DNA of 43,465 nucleotides, from positions 1 through 43,465 of the forward strand of contig JBGPNN010000001.1 in the NCBI GenBank assembly GCA_041487495.1, written 5' to 3'. The DNA comes from a bacterium (GTDB lineage Bacteria; Sysuimicrobiota; Sysuimicrobiia; Sysuimicrobiales; Humicultoraceae). Shown here piece by piece: positions 17,751 to 26,122 of the stretch (positions are counted from its first letter, which is position 1; each line of letters starts with the position of its first letter). A program made the translations under genes and the position numbers. Under the pieces are notes generated by a model. That model saw only the letters and a program-made list of their open reading frames with translations, was not told the origin of the DNA and did not search any database.

Positions 17751-20093
17751 GTGGCATCGCTGGATCGTCCCCACGCGCAGCCATCGGTTTTGCCGTCGGT
17801 TGCGGGTGTTCTCTTGTTCGCCATCGGGTGGCTCTCTACGGCCTTTCCACAGACATTTGCCGTCGCGCCGTATCCGACCACTATCGGCGGACTAAGCCAG
17901 ATGAAGGTCTTCCTTCTTTCGAGCGGGGTCTTCGTCTTCCTGACCTACGTGGTAAAGATGCGGCGGGATGGATGGGTCCCGGTGGCGCTGGCAGCGGTCG
18001 GGACCGTTCCGTTCTGGGTCGCTTCAGCGCTCGCCTTCTCGGCGGGATCCTGGATGGTCATGGTCGTGAGTGCGACGCTCGCCGCGACGTTGCTGGTCGA
18101 CGCCGTGCGGCCGTGGCGATATGATACGCCCCCGCGCCGCCGGATCCCGACACTGGCCGCCGCGATAGCCGTCATCGCGGCAACCATCGGGGTCTTCGTA
18201 TTCGTGAGGCCGGAGGTCTTCATGTTGTCGAAGGCCGCGTTCCTCCACGCATTCCTGCGGCCGGTGGGCGCAGGCATGCTCGCGAGCGCGATGCTCCTCG
18301 TGGCGGGATGGGTCTGGCCCAGGGCGCAACCGGCATCACAGCTCGCCGGCGCCGTGCCGTTCGCCATCCTGGCGATCGGGTTTATCCTGGTGGGACGTTG
18401 GCCCGCGGTCTTGACCTATGGCATCCTGGCGATCGCACTCGCGCGCGAGTCTGTGGTCTTCCGTTTTATCCAACGCCGCGCGACTGAGCGCGACGCCCAG
18501 CCGCCCAGCGTCAGCGAATTCGAGATGGCCACCGAAGCCGTGGCCTGGGGCTTTATCCTACTCACGGCGGTTGTGGCCAGCATCACGCCCGATGCCGGCC
18601 ACCGCATGACCCTCTCCGCCGTCATGATCGTCACCAGCTTCTTCACCGTAGTCTTCTATCATCTCTTGCCGGTCGGCGGCGCGGGGCTCGGGCGGGCGGT
18701 CTTCGCCTCGGGGGTCTACAGCCTCATGGTGGCGATCCTGGTGCAGGCGACGGGACGCGAGCAGAGCCCGTATTTCTTCATCACCTTCCTACCGATCCTG
18801 CCGCTGGCGTGGACCCAAGCGCCGCAGACGATCATCGTTCCTCTCGCGATCCCGCTCGGGGCGCTGGTTGTCGGGCTGGCGGTTGATACCCTGCGCGGGC
18901 AGGTCACGATGGTGAGTATCGCCACACAGGGGATGCCGCGCGTGGCCGGCTTGCTGCTCGTATCGGGGTTCACCTACATGCTGGCCATGCGCAACCTCCA
19001 GAGCCGCAGCCGTGTCCGCGAGGCCCATCGCAGCCTCGAGACCGTGGTCACCAGCATGGGGGAAGGGCTCGTCGCCACTGACGAAACGGGGAGGATCACG
19101 CTCTGCAACCCGGCGGCTGCCGCGATCCTGGGGCGCCCCCCCGAGGATCTCCGCGGCGAGTCGCTGACCAGCGTGCTGCCGTTGCGGCGCGAAGACGGCA
19201 CACCAGTGTCGCACAACACCCATCCGTTGTGGCGCGCCCTCTCCGGCCAGCAGGTATCGCCTGGCCGTTATGTCGTCGCCGGGCCGTCCGCCCTCCCGAC
19301 CTCCGTGGCCGCCACTCCGCTCGCTGGTACCAACGGGCATCACGGTGCGATCATTCTGCTCCGGGACGCCCGTGCGGAAGCCGAAGTCGAGCGCCTTCGT
19401 GAAGACTTCTTCAACATCGCATCCCACGAACTGCGGACGCCGCTCACGGTCATCAAGGGCAACCTGGAGATGGCGCTCGAGGAATCCCTTTCAACGAGCC
19501 TCAAGGGCACGATCGAAGAGGCCCTCTCGTCCACAGGCCGCCTGATTCGCATGGTCAACGACTTCCTCGAAGCCGCGCGACTTGATCATGGTTCGGTGTC
19601 GATGCGCATCGAGACCGGCCGCCTGCCCTCCCTGGTCACTCAGGCTGTGGAGACGATGCGGCCGGACGCGGAGCGCAAGGCGCTCACCATCACATACCAT
19701 GCCTCGGCCGACCTGCCGCCGGTGCGAATGGACGCGGAGCGGGTGCTGCAGATCCTGATCAACCTGCTCGGCAATAGCGTGCGCTACACGCAGACCGGGC
19801 AGATCGACGTCTCGCACGAAGTGGACGGGAATGAAGTCGAGACGCTCGTGAAGGATACCGGCATCGGCATCTCGCCCGAGCACCACGACCGCCTGTTCGG
19901 TCGCTTCGGGCAGGTTGAACGCGGGCTGCGGCGGGGCGGCGGCGGCAGCGGCCTGGGTCTCTACATCTCGAGGCAGCTCGCCGAGCAGATGGGGGGCAGC
20001 GTCGTGCTGAAAGCCAGCGCGCCGGGACAGGGTAGCACGTTTGTGCTGCGCCTGCCGGTTGCTGCCGCGGAACCGGTCGCGGCCGGGAGGTAA
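17751..20093 (+). CDS. Sensor histidine kinase: large polytopic membrane N-terminus, PAS domain, HisKA, HATPase_c
   Basis: At least 8 hydrophobic segments occur in the first 400 aa or so. A PAS-like region follows (GEGLVATDETGRITLCNPAAAAILG). The H-box is IASHELRTPL and the N box is LINLLGNSVRYT. The G boxes are DTGIGI and GSGLGLYISRQL. The start is uncertain, because the GGGAG SD abuts GTG 17751 with no spacer. Confidence 0.88.
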   Translation: MASLDRPHAQPSVLPSVAGVLLFAIGWLSTAFPQTFAVAPYPTTIGGLSQMKVFLLSSGVFVFLTYVVKMRRDGWVPVALAAVGTVPFWVASALAFSAGSWMVMVVSATLAATLLVDAVRPWRYDTPPRRRIPTLAAAIAVIAATIGVFVFVRPEVFMLSKAAFLHAFLRPVGAGMLASAMLLVAGWVWPRAQPASQLAGAVPFAILAIGFILVGRWPAVLTYGILAIALARESVVFRFIQRRATERDAQPPSVSEFEMATEAVAWGFILLTAVVASITPDAGHRMTLSAVMIVTSFFTVVFYHLLPVGGAGLGRAVFASGVYSLMVAILVQATGREQSPYFFITFLPILPLAWTQAPQTIIVPLAIPLGALVVGLAVDTLRGQVTMVSIATQGMPRVAGLLLVSGFTYMLAMRNLQSRSRVREAHRSLETVVTSMGEGLVATDETGRITLCNPAAAAILGRPPEDLRGESLTSVLPLRREDGTPVSHNTHPLWRALSGQQVSPGRYVVAGPSALPTSVAATPLAGTNGHHGAIILLRDARAEAEVERLREDFFNIASHELRTPLTVIKGNLEMALEESLSTSLKGTIEEALSSTGRLIRMVNDFLEAARLDHGSVSMRIETGRLPSLVTQAVETMRPDAERKALTITYHASADLPPVRMDAERVLQILINLLGNSVRYTQTGQIDVSHEVDGNEVETLVKDTGIGISPEHHDRLFGRFGQVERGLRRGGGGSGLGLYISRQLAEQMGGSVVLKASAPGQGSTFVLRLPVAAAEPVAAGR

Positions 20094-20106
20094 GGAGAAC
20101 CGCGCG

Positions 20107-20175
20107 CTAGCCCGGCGGACGGACGAACAGGAAGTACACGATCAACGCCGCTACCAGCCAGAAGATCAGATCCAT
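20107..20175 (-). CDS. Candidate small hydrophobic peptide (22 aa, one predicted TM helix)
   Basis: Below the ORF-track size cutoff. Reverse-strand ATG at 20175, TAG at 20107-20109. The peptide is MDLIFWLVAALIVYFLFVRPPG. A strong SD, GAGGAGG (20182-20188), lies 6 nt upstream of the ATG. Confidence 0.4.
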   Translation of the reverse strand: MDLIFWLVAALIVYFLFVRPPG

Positions 20176-20237
20176 CGGATGCCTCCTCGTGGACGCTGTC
20201 TGAGGATTCGGCGGCCGAGCCGGCCGTCCTGCGCGCG

Positions 20238-20265
20238 TTGAATCTCGAACACCCTTTGCTATAAT
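20238..20265 (+). promoter_or_regulatory. Near-consensus promoter of tRNA-Thr
   Basis: TTGAAT at 20238-20243, a 16-nt spacer, TATAAT at 20260-20265 with an extended -10 TG (TGCTATAAT). The tRNA begins 14 nt downstream. Confidence 0.6.
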
Positions 20266-20278
20266 ACGCCGGGGACGG

Positions 20279-20354
20279 GCCCACGTAGCTCAGGCGGTAG
20301 AGCGTGTCCTTGGTAAGGACAAGGTCACCGGTTCGAATCCGGTCGTGGGCTCCA
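20279..20354 (+). tRNA. tRNA-Thr (GGT), CCA encoded
   Basis: Acceptor stem GCCCACG/CGTGGGC. Anticodon stem TGTCC/GGACA with loop TTGGTAA. T-arm ACCGG-TTCGAAT-CCGGT. Confidence 0.95.
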
Positions 20355-20364
20355 GTTCTTTAAC

Positions 20365-21207
20365 ATGCCTGTGAGGGATGTGGAAAACGGCATGCATCGC
20401 CACGAGTTACTCGTCTCCACCGACTGGCTGGCCGCGAATCTATTCAACAGCGATGTGCGGATCGTTGACCTGCGCTGGTCACTGGATGATCAGGACCTGG
20501 GCGAGCGTGAGTACCTCCGCGCGCATATTCCCGGCGCGGTTTACCTCCATTACCTGCGGGACCTTTCTCACCCGGACGATCGTGTCCCTGGCAAGATCGC
20601 CTCGCCCGATCGCTTCCGCGCAGTGATGGAAGCGGCGGGTATCGGCGACAATACTCAGGTGGTCGCCTACGATGATAACGGCATTTTCATGGCCGCTCGT
20701 CTAGTGTGGAGCCTTCACTACTATGGGTACAGCAACGCCCGAATCCTGGACGGCGGAATTCCGAAGTGGCTGGCGGAAGGCCGGCCCGCGGAATCCGGTA
20801 GAATAGGGTATGCTCCACAGCAATTTACTCCGCGACTCAATCCTGCGATCCGCGCAACCAAAGAAGACGTACTTGCGATTTCCACTGGGGACTGCCGGCT
20901 GCTTGACTGTCGCATGGACCGCACGTGGTTTGCGACAGGGATGCACATCCCTGGGGCCAGTCGACTTCCGGCACCCGCCGTGCTCAGGGAAGACGGCACA
21001 TGGAAGCCGCTTGAAGAACTGAGACAATTGGCGGCCTCGACGGGTGGACTGCCGGGTAAACCTGTCGTGCTGTATTGTGGCGGGGGTGTTTCGGCCTCGT
21101 GCTGCTACGTGATGTTCAAGATGCTGGGCTTGGAGAACATTGCGGTCTATGATGGTTCCTGGCAGGAGTGGGGAAGCGACCCTAACACACCCAAGGAGCC
21201 TCACTAG
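20365..21207 (+). CDS. Two-domain rhodanese sulfurtransferase (SseA / 3-mercaptopyruvate-thiosulfate type)
   Basis: Tandem rhodanese domains. The N-terminus reads LVSTDWLAANL. The active-site loop is YCGGGVSAS. The C-terminal YDGSWQEWG motif is present. ATG 20389 (MHRHELLVS), behind GAGGGA, is an alternative start. Confidence 0.85.
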   Translation: MPVRDVENGMHRHELLVSTDWLAANLFNSDVRIVDLRWSLDDQDLGEREYLRAHIPGAVYLHYLRDLSHPDDRVPGKIASPDRFRAVMEAAGIGDNTQVVAYDDNGIFMAARLVWSLHYYGYSNARILDGGIPKWLAEGRPAESGRIGYAPQQFTPRLNPAIRATKEDVLAISTGDCRLLDCRMDRTWFATGMHIPGASRLPAPAVLREDGTWKPLEELRQLAASTGGLPGKPVVLYCGGGVSASCCYVMFKMLGLENIAVYDGSWQEWGSDPNTPKEPH

Positions 21208-21222
21208 GCGTCACCCCGGCAG

Positions 21223-21250
21223 GCTGTGGTCCGCCGCAGCGCGGGATTTT
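21223..21250 (+). terminator. Possible intrinsic terminator after the rhodanese gene
   Basis: GCTGTGG at 21223-21229, loop TCCG, CCGCAGC at 21234-21240 (one G-U pair). A TTTT run follows at 21247-21250. Confidence 0.3.
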
Positions 21251-21278
21251 GGCCTCGGTCCAAAAAAGGGGACTCTTC

Positions 21279-22064
21279 ATGTACACGATCACTCCGCAGG
21301 TTGTAGCTGTTGGGCCGAAGCGCGAAAAAAGCCGCTTTACGTACATGCACAACTTTGGCCAGAAGATAGACATCCCATATGTCTCTTGGCTCATCCAGGG
21401 CAACGGTATAACGGTCTTGGTAGACGCTGGGTGCAGCGCTGAGGACTACCGTACGCACATCCGGCCGGCCGACCGCCCTCTGATGCTTGCGGGAGAGCAG
21501 TTCGCAGACGTCGTTGACGTGAAGCCTCTGGAGGAGCACCTTCGTGACCGGGGCCTTCGTTTTGACGACATCGACATTCTGATTCAGACCCACCTCGACT
21601 GGGATCACACGATGGGAACTCGCCGCTTCAAGAAGAGCAGAATCCTGCTGCAACGCGCGGAGTGGGCCAAAATCCCATTTCACCCACTCTTCGAGGGCAC
21701 GTACGCCCCAAAGTACATCTACGAAGAAATATCCAAACTCAACCTCCATCTGCTCGAAGGTGACCACACGGTTGCGCCCGGGCTGGAAATACTCTATACG
21801 CCTGGGCACAGCCCCGGCGGGCAATCCGTTGTGGTGGAGACCGGTCAGGGGCCTTATGTGATTGCAGGCATGTGCACGATTCGCGAGAATTTTTACCCGC
21901 CCGCGGACGTACTTGCTCATTCAGAGTACCGTGTGATTCCCGCTGGGATGCACATTGATCCGCTCGTCTGTTACGATAGCATGCTGCGGATCCTGGAGAG
22001 GGGTGGTGAACGGGTTCTTCCGTTCCACGATAGCTCTATCATGTCTATGGGAACGATCCGCTAG
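21279..22064 (+). CDS. Metallo-beta-lactamase-fold hydrolase (lactonase-like) with a variant metal motif
   Basis: Start set at ATG 21279 (MYTITPQ). The motif THLDWDH sits where the HxHxDH motif is expected. Later His residues occur in YTPGHSPG and LPFHD. Confidence 0.75.
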   Translation: MYTITPQVVAVGPKREKSRFTYMHNFGQKIDIPYVSWLIQGNGITVLVDAGCSAEDYRTHIRPADRPLMLAGEQFADVVDVKPLEEHLRDRGLRFDDIDILIQTHLDWDHTMGTRRFKKSRILLQRAEWAKIPFHPLFEGTYAPKYIYEEISKLNLHLLEGDHTVAPGLEILYTPGHSPGGQSVVVETGQGPYVIAGMCTIRENFYPPADVLAHSEYRVIPAGMHIDPLVCYDSMLRILERGGERVLPFHDSSIMSMGTIR

Positions 22065-22114
22065 ACGTGATGCAAATGCGCCGCAATAGCGTCCTGCTAC
22101 GCGCGTAGCCAGAC

Positions 22115-22132
22115 CCGCCTCCCCAGAGGCGG
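22115..22132 (+). terminator. 7-bp hairpin in the MBL-SDR intergenic region
   Basis: CCGCCTC at 22115-22121, loop CCCA, GAGGCGG at 22126-22132. No T-tract. Confidence 0.25.
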
Positions 22133-22173
22133 TACCCCGTTGAGAAGCCCCGGCAGACTGGAGACGAGAACGC

Positions 22174-22950
22174 GTGCAGACGCGTCGTTCTTGGGGACTG
22201 GAGGAGAAAGTCGTCGTCGTCACCGGGGCCAGTCGCGGTCTAGGGCGATGGATAAGCCTCGCATTCGCGCGTGCCGGGTCGCGGCTTGCCGTTGCGGCCC
22301 GGAACCGGGTGCTCCTTGACGACGTTGCCTCGGAACTGCGCCAGGCACGGGTCGAGGTGATCACGATTCCCACGGACGTTCGCGATCCCGACGATTGTGC
22401 CCGGCTGCTCGAGACCGCGCATGCACACTTTGGCCGCATAGACATTTTGGTGAACAACGCCGGCACGGCGGTGCGGAAACCAGCCGTAGAGATCACCGTC
22501 GACGACTTTGATGCGATTGTGCAGACCAACTTTCGAGGGACCTACTTTTGCACTGTCGCTGCCGGGAGGATCATGGTGGGTCAGAGGAGCGGGGCCGTGG
22601 TGAATATTGCTTCAACCTCCGCCGTGTTAGTCCGACGCGGTGTTCCGAACTCAGTGTATGGGCCTTCGAAAGCCGCGATTGTTATGCTCACCAAGGCTTT
22701 GGCGGAGGAGTGGGCTCCGTTCGGGGTTCGAGTCAATTGCGTGGCTCCCGGTCGCCTGCCGACGGATCTGTCCAGGAGTCTCGCGCCGCAAGGTACCCGC
22801 GAGTGGGAGAGCCTAACGCAAACGATTCCTATGGGACGGCTGGGGGAACCGGAGGATATTGCGGAGCCGGTTCTCTTCCTCGCTTCGCCCTTGAGTGGCT
22901 ATATCACCGGACAGACCCTCTTCGTGGACGGCGGTAGAACCATCCTGTAA
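22174..22950 (+). CDS. Short-chain dehydrogenase/reductase (classical SDR, FabG-like)
   Basis: TGASRGLG cofactor motif, NNAG, and the catalytic S...YGPSKAA (YxxxK) are present. Confidence 0.9.
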   Translation: MQTRRSWGLEEKVVVVTGASRGLGRWISLAFARAGSRLAVAARNRVLLDDVASELRQARVEVITIPTDVRDPDDCARLLETAHAHFGRIDILVNNAGTAVRKPAVEITVDDFDAIVQTNFRGTYFCTVAAGRIMVGQRSGAVVNIASTSAVLVRRGVPNSVYGPSKAAIVMLTKALAEEWAPFGVRVNCVAPGRLPTDLSRSLAPQGTREWESLTQTIPMGRLGEPEDIAEPVLFLASPLSGYITGQTLFVDGGRTIL

Positions 22951-23010
22951 CGTCGCCATGGCCGCAAGTCCATGAAGAAGTCCGCTTTGATCTAGAGGGG
23001 AGGCAACACG

Positions 23011-23466
23011 GTGGAGCGCACGCCGTCGGACAAACAGGTCGTCGGGGACATCCTGGAACCTCTCGAGTTCACTGTGACGCCAGAGATGAACGAGCAGTAT
23101 TTGTATGGTCAAGAAGACTACCATCCACGATACGTAGAGAGAACCCCCGCCAGTCTGCCGCTGGTGCACCCGGCGCTGCTGCTCAACATGAGCAACATGC
23201 CCCGCAGTCCGTCTTTTTCAGTTTCCTCTGGTCTCGCGGCCATTCATGTCGGAGAGCAATGTGAATTTCTGCGGCCCGTCAGAGTGGGGCAGCCGATCAA
23301 GGTTACCTGGGTGGTCAGGGACGCGTACGAGAAACGAGGACGCCCCTATCGAGTTTATGATGCGCTCATCACCCATGCGGCGGGCGAACCCATCATGCGG
23401 AGGCGGATAGAGAATACCTATGTGTCCGCGGCGATGAGCATTGCGGAAAAAGGGAGCGATAGGTAA
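23011..23466 (+). CDS. Hot-dog fold protein, MaoC-dehydratase N-terminal-half-like subunit
   Basis: 151 aa, of hot-dog size. It lacks the hydratase motif. It sits 6 nt upstream of a MaoC-type partner. GGGGAGG lies upstream of GTG 23011. Confidence 0.65.
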   Translation: MERTPSDKQVVGDILEPLEFTVTPEMNEQYLYGQEDYHPRYVERTPASLPLVHPALLLNMSNMPRSPSFSVSSGLAAIHVGEQCEFLRPVRVGQPIKVTWVVRDAYEKRGRPYRVYDALITHAAGEPIMRRRIENTYVSAAMSIAEKGSDR

Positions 23467-23472
23467 CCTCGG

Positions 23473-23907
23473 ATGACGATCTTGACCAGACAAACAACAG
23501 TCGGCTCGGAGTTTAGCGGCAAGAAGAGCACGTTGACATGGGAGCGACTCTGGGCTTTTTCAGGGGGTCTGTTTGCCGCGGACGGTTGGCCTAAGAAGAA
23601 CATCCATACAGACATGGGCGCCGCGAAGGCGACGGGGCTCTACACAGTAGCGGCCTCCGGCACACAGTATCAGGGCTACGCAGTATCCCTTCTCATTGAT
23701 CTGTTCGGCGAACAGTGGTTGGGCAACGGCTCTATGACCGCGAAATTCATCGCTGTCGTCACCGTCAACGACACGATCCAGCCAAAAGCGAAAGTGGTCG
23801 CTGTGCGTACCGAGCAAGGACGAAGCCTGTTCGAACTCGAACTCTGGTGTGAGAATCAGAACGGCACTAAGGTTATGGTAGGAACCGCGGTCGGGTCAAT
23901 TGCCTAG
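23473..23907 (+). CDS. MaoC-like (R)-specific enoyl-CoA hydratase/dehydratase subunit
   Basis: 144 aa. KKNIHTD resembles the hydratase-2 N-P-I-H-x-D motif. The C-terminal hot-dog sheet is recognisable (VVAVRTEQGRSLFELELWCENQNG). Confidence 0.75.
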   Translation: MTILTRQTTVGSEFSGKKSTLTWERLWAFSGGLFAADGWPKKNIHTDMGAAKATGLYTVAASGTQYQGYAVSLLIDLFGEQWLGNGSMTAKFIAVVTVNDTIQPKAKVVAVRTEQGRSLFELELWCENQNGTKVMVGTAVGSIA

Positions 23908-23958
23908 TGGGATTTCACATCAGAACCGCGTGGTGAGCCAGCCGCCAGACGCGCAGGG

Positions 23959-25158
23959 GTGGCGATGGCTCGACTGAGCGAAGATGTCACTAAGGACCTG
24001 CTACGCAAACACGGCATTCGGGTTCCGCCTGGAGTTGTGGTAACTTCTTCTTCGGGCGTGGAGGAAATTGTTCAATCCATGGGTCCGCAGGTGGTGGTCA
24101 AGGCCCTCGTGCCTGCCGGCCGGCGAGGGAAAGCCGGGGCTGTTCAAAAGGCGGCGGGTGTCTCGGACGCACGGCGGATCATCGATAGCATCCTAGGGTC
24201 CAAGGTCCATGGGTACATGGTCCGGCAAGTGCTCATTGAACACGCGATCCCCATCGCACACGAACTCTATACGGCATTCACGTTTGGTCCCGATGGCGCC
24301 AGGGTGTTGGCTTCTACACGAGGTGGGGTCGATATCGAGGAAACGCACCTTCAGCATCCCGAGGCGATTGTTGTGCATTCTGTCGACCACGTGACAGGAT
24401 TTAGGCGGCATCAGTGTGTCGACCTCTGGCGGCGAACCGGGGTTCGCGGGTCCCAGTTGGTCGATCTGTCATACTTTACCCTTCGTCTATGGGAAACGTT
24501 TCGAGAGGTGGATGGCTTCATGCTCGAGATAAATCCTCTCGCCGTTGATGAAAGCGGACACCTTTGGGCAGTGGGTGCGATGCTCGACGTTGACGACGCT
24601 GCAATGTTTCGGCATCCGGATTTCGCGAGGGTCCCCGTGGACGCCGGACCGGGATGGCGCGAGCCTACCATTCGTGAGAGGGCGGTCGGGGAGGCCGACC
24701 GCGCCCTGGTCGGAGGCAGGGTGCGCTACATTGAACTGGAGGGAGAGATAGGTCTCTTTGTGGCTGGAGGCGGGGCCGGGCTGATGATTCACGATCTTCT
24801 GATTGCGTTCGGGGGCAGACCGGCGAACCACACCGACATCACCCCAGGTCGGTCTCCCGACAAACTCTCCGCCGTTTTCGATGCAATTTTCACACAGCCA
24901 CACGTGAAGAGTCTGCTGGTGTGCGTCAACTATCTTCAAATGGTAAGGGCGGATGTGGTCGTGGAGGCTCTTGTGCGTTCCATCGCAGATCATCACGTTA
25001 CCACAGAACGGTTCCCCATTGTTGTTCGCGTTTTTGGCCCTGGCGAAGGCAATGCACGAATACTTGCCTCGCAAGTGCCCGGTATTCGATACCTCCCTCA
25101 CGGAACCGATATCGAAGAGGCAGTCAGGCTCATTGTCGATCTAACCTCGCGCGTTTGA
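23959..25158 (+). CDS. Succinyl-CoA synthetase beta-subunit-like ATP-grasp protein (ADP-forming acyl-CoA synthetase, substrate unknown)
   Basis: The N-terminus (ARLSEDVTKDLLRKHGIRVPPG...VVVKALVPAGRRGKAG) parallels SucC. The C-terminal CoA-ligase domain is present. ATG 23965 is a likely alternative start. Confidence 0.8.
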   Translation: MAMARLSEDVTKDLLRKHGIRVPPGVVVTSSSGVEEIVQSMGPQVVVKALVPAGRRGKAGAVQKAAGVSDARRIIDSILGSKVHGYMVRQVLIEHAIPIAHELYTAFTFGPDGARVLASTRGGVDIEETHLQHPEAIVVHSVDHVTGFRRHQCVDLWRRTGVRGSQLVDLSYFTLRLWETFREVDGFMLEINPLAVDESGHLWAVGAMLDVDDAAMFRHPDFARVPVDAGPGWREPTIRERAVGEADRALVGGRVRYIELEGEIGLFVAGGGAGLMIHDLLIAFGGRPANHTDITPGRSPDKLSAVFDAIFTQPHVKSLLVCVNYLQMVRADVVVEALVRSIADHHVTTERFPIVVRVFGPGEGNARILASQVPGIRYLPHGTDIEEAVRLIVDLTSRV

Positions 25159-25173
25159 GGACACCACACGGCA

Positions 25174-26085
25174 TTGAGTATTTTGATTGATCGGGATACG
25201 AGTGTTGTTGTGCAGGGAATCACAGGCGGACAAGCCGCCATGGATGTCCCCTGCATGCGGGCGTATGGCACCCGTGTTGTGGCTGGAGTGACTCCCGGCA
25301 AGGGAGGACAACAGGTCTTTGGCGTGCCGGTCTACGATACGGTGCGCGAGGCTCTGGCGCAGCACCACGTGACAGCGAGTGTGGTGTACGTACCTGCGTC
25401 GGCGGTACGGGAGGCGGTTTTTGAGGCTGTGGAGGCACGTATCCCCCTTATTCTGGTGCCCACAGAGGGAGTTCCACACCACGATGCTGCGGATTTCGTG
25501 GCTGCGGCACGCGCCGCGGGGGTACGGATCATTGGCCCCAACTGCAATGGGTTGATCAGCCCGGGCGAGTGCAAATTGGGAGGGATTGGTGGTGACGCTC
25601 CCGAGGAGATTTACGCGCCCGGTTCGATCGGTATCATTTCGCGAAGCGGAGGAATGTCTGCGGAGATTGCCGTGACCCTCAAGAACGCGGGATACGGCGT
25701 CAGCACATGCGTGTCGATTGGCGGAGATCTGATTATTGGGACCAGCCCTGTCGAATGCCTTAGGCTGTTCGCGGCGGACTCCCAGACACAAGCCGTTGTG
25801 TATTTTGGCGAACCTGGAACCCGGGCAGAGCAGGCGCTTGCAGACTACCTGGAGCGCGCTCGATATCCTAAGCCCGTTGCTGCACTCATCAGCGGTGATT
25901 TCCAGGAAGCGTACCCGCAGGGTACGAGTTTCGGGCACGCATCGGCGATGATCCAGGAAAACAACGACACGGCAAGAGCCAAGAGGCGTGTGCTGCAGCA
26001 AGCAGGTGCCCTGATAGTCGATCGAATGAGTGGGATTCCAAAGTTGCTTTCGGGCAGTCTTGACCCTTCGTGTGGTCGTGCTTGA
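25174..26085 (+). CDS. Succinyl-CoA synthetase alpha-subunit-like protein
   Basis: MSILIDRDTSVVVQGITGGQ parallels the SucD N-terminus. GIISRSGGMS is present. The phosphohistidine loop is retained as FGHASAM. TTG start. Confidence 0.8.
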   Translation: MSILIDRDTSVVVQGITGGQAAMDVPCMRAYGTRVVAGVTPGKGGQQVFGVPVYDTVREALAQHHVTASVVYVPASAVREAVFEAVEARIPLILVPTEGVPHHDAADFVAAARAAGVRIIGPNCNGLISPGECKLGGIGGDAPEEIYAPGSIGIISRSGGMSAEIAVTLKNAGYGVSTCVSIGGDLIIGTSPVECLRLFAADSQTQAVVYFGEPGTRAEQALADYLERARYPKPVAALISGDFQEAYPQGTSFGHASAMIQENNDTARAKRRVLQQAGALIVDRMSGIPKLLSGSLDPSCGRA

Positions 26086-26122
26086 CGGAGGCATGAACGC
26101 CTGATCGAAGGAGGAGCCAGCG

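Noticed and set aside
20355-20400. Attachment-site repeat or integrase expected at an island boundary next to tRNA-Thr
   Set aside because: I found no integrase, recombinase or transposase gene anywhere in the window. I also could not spot a second copy of the tRNA 3-prime end by eye. The island idea therefore rests only on composition and gene content, and is reported as a hypothesis.
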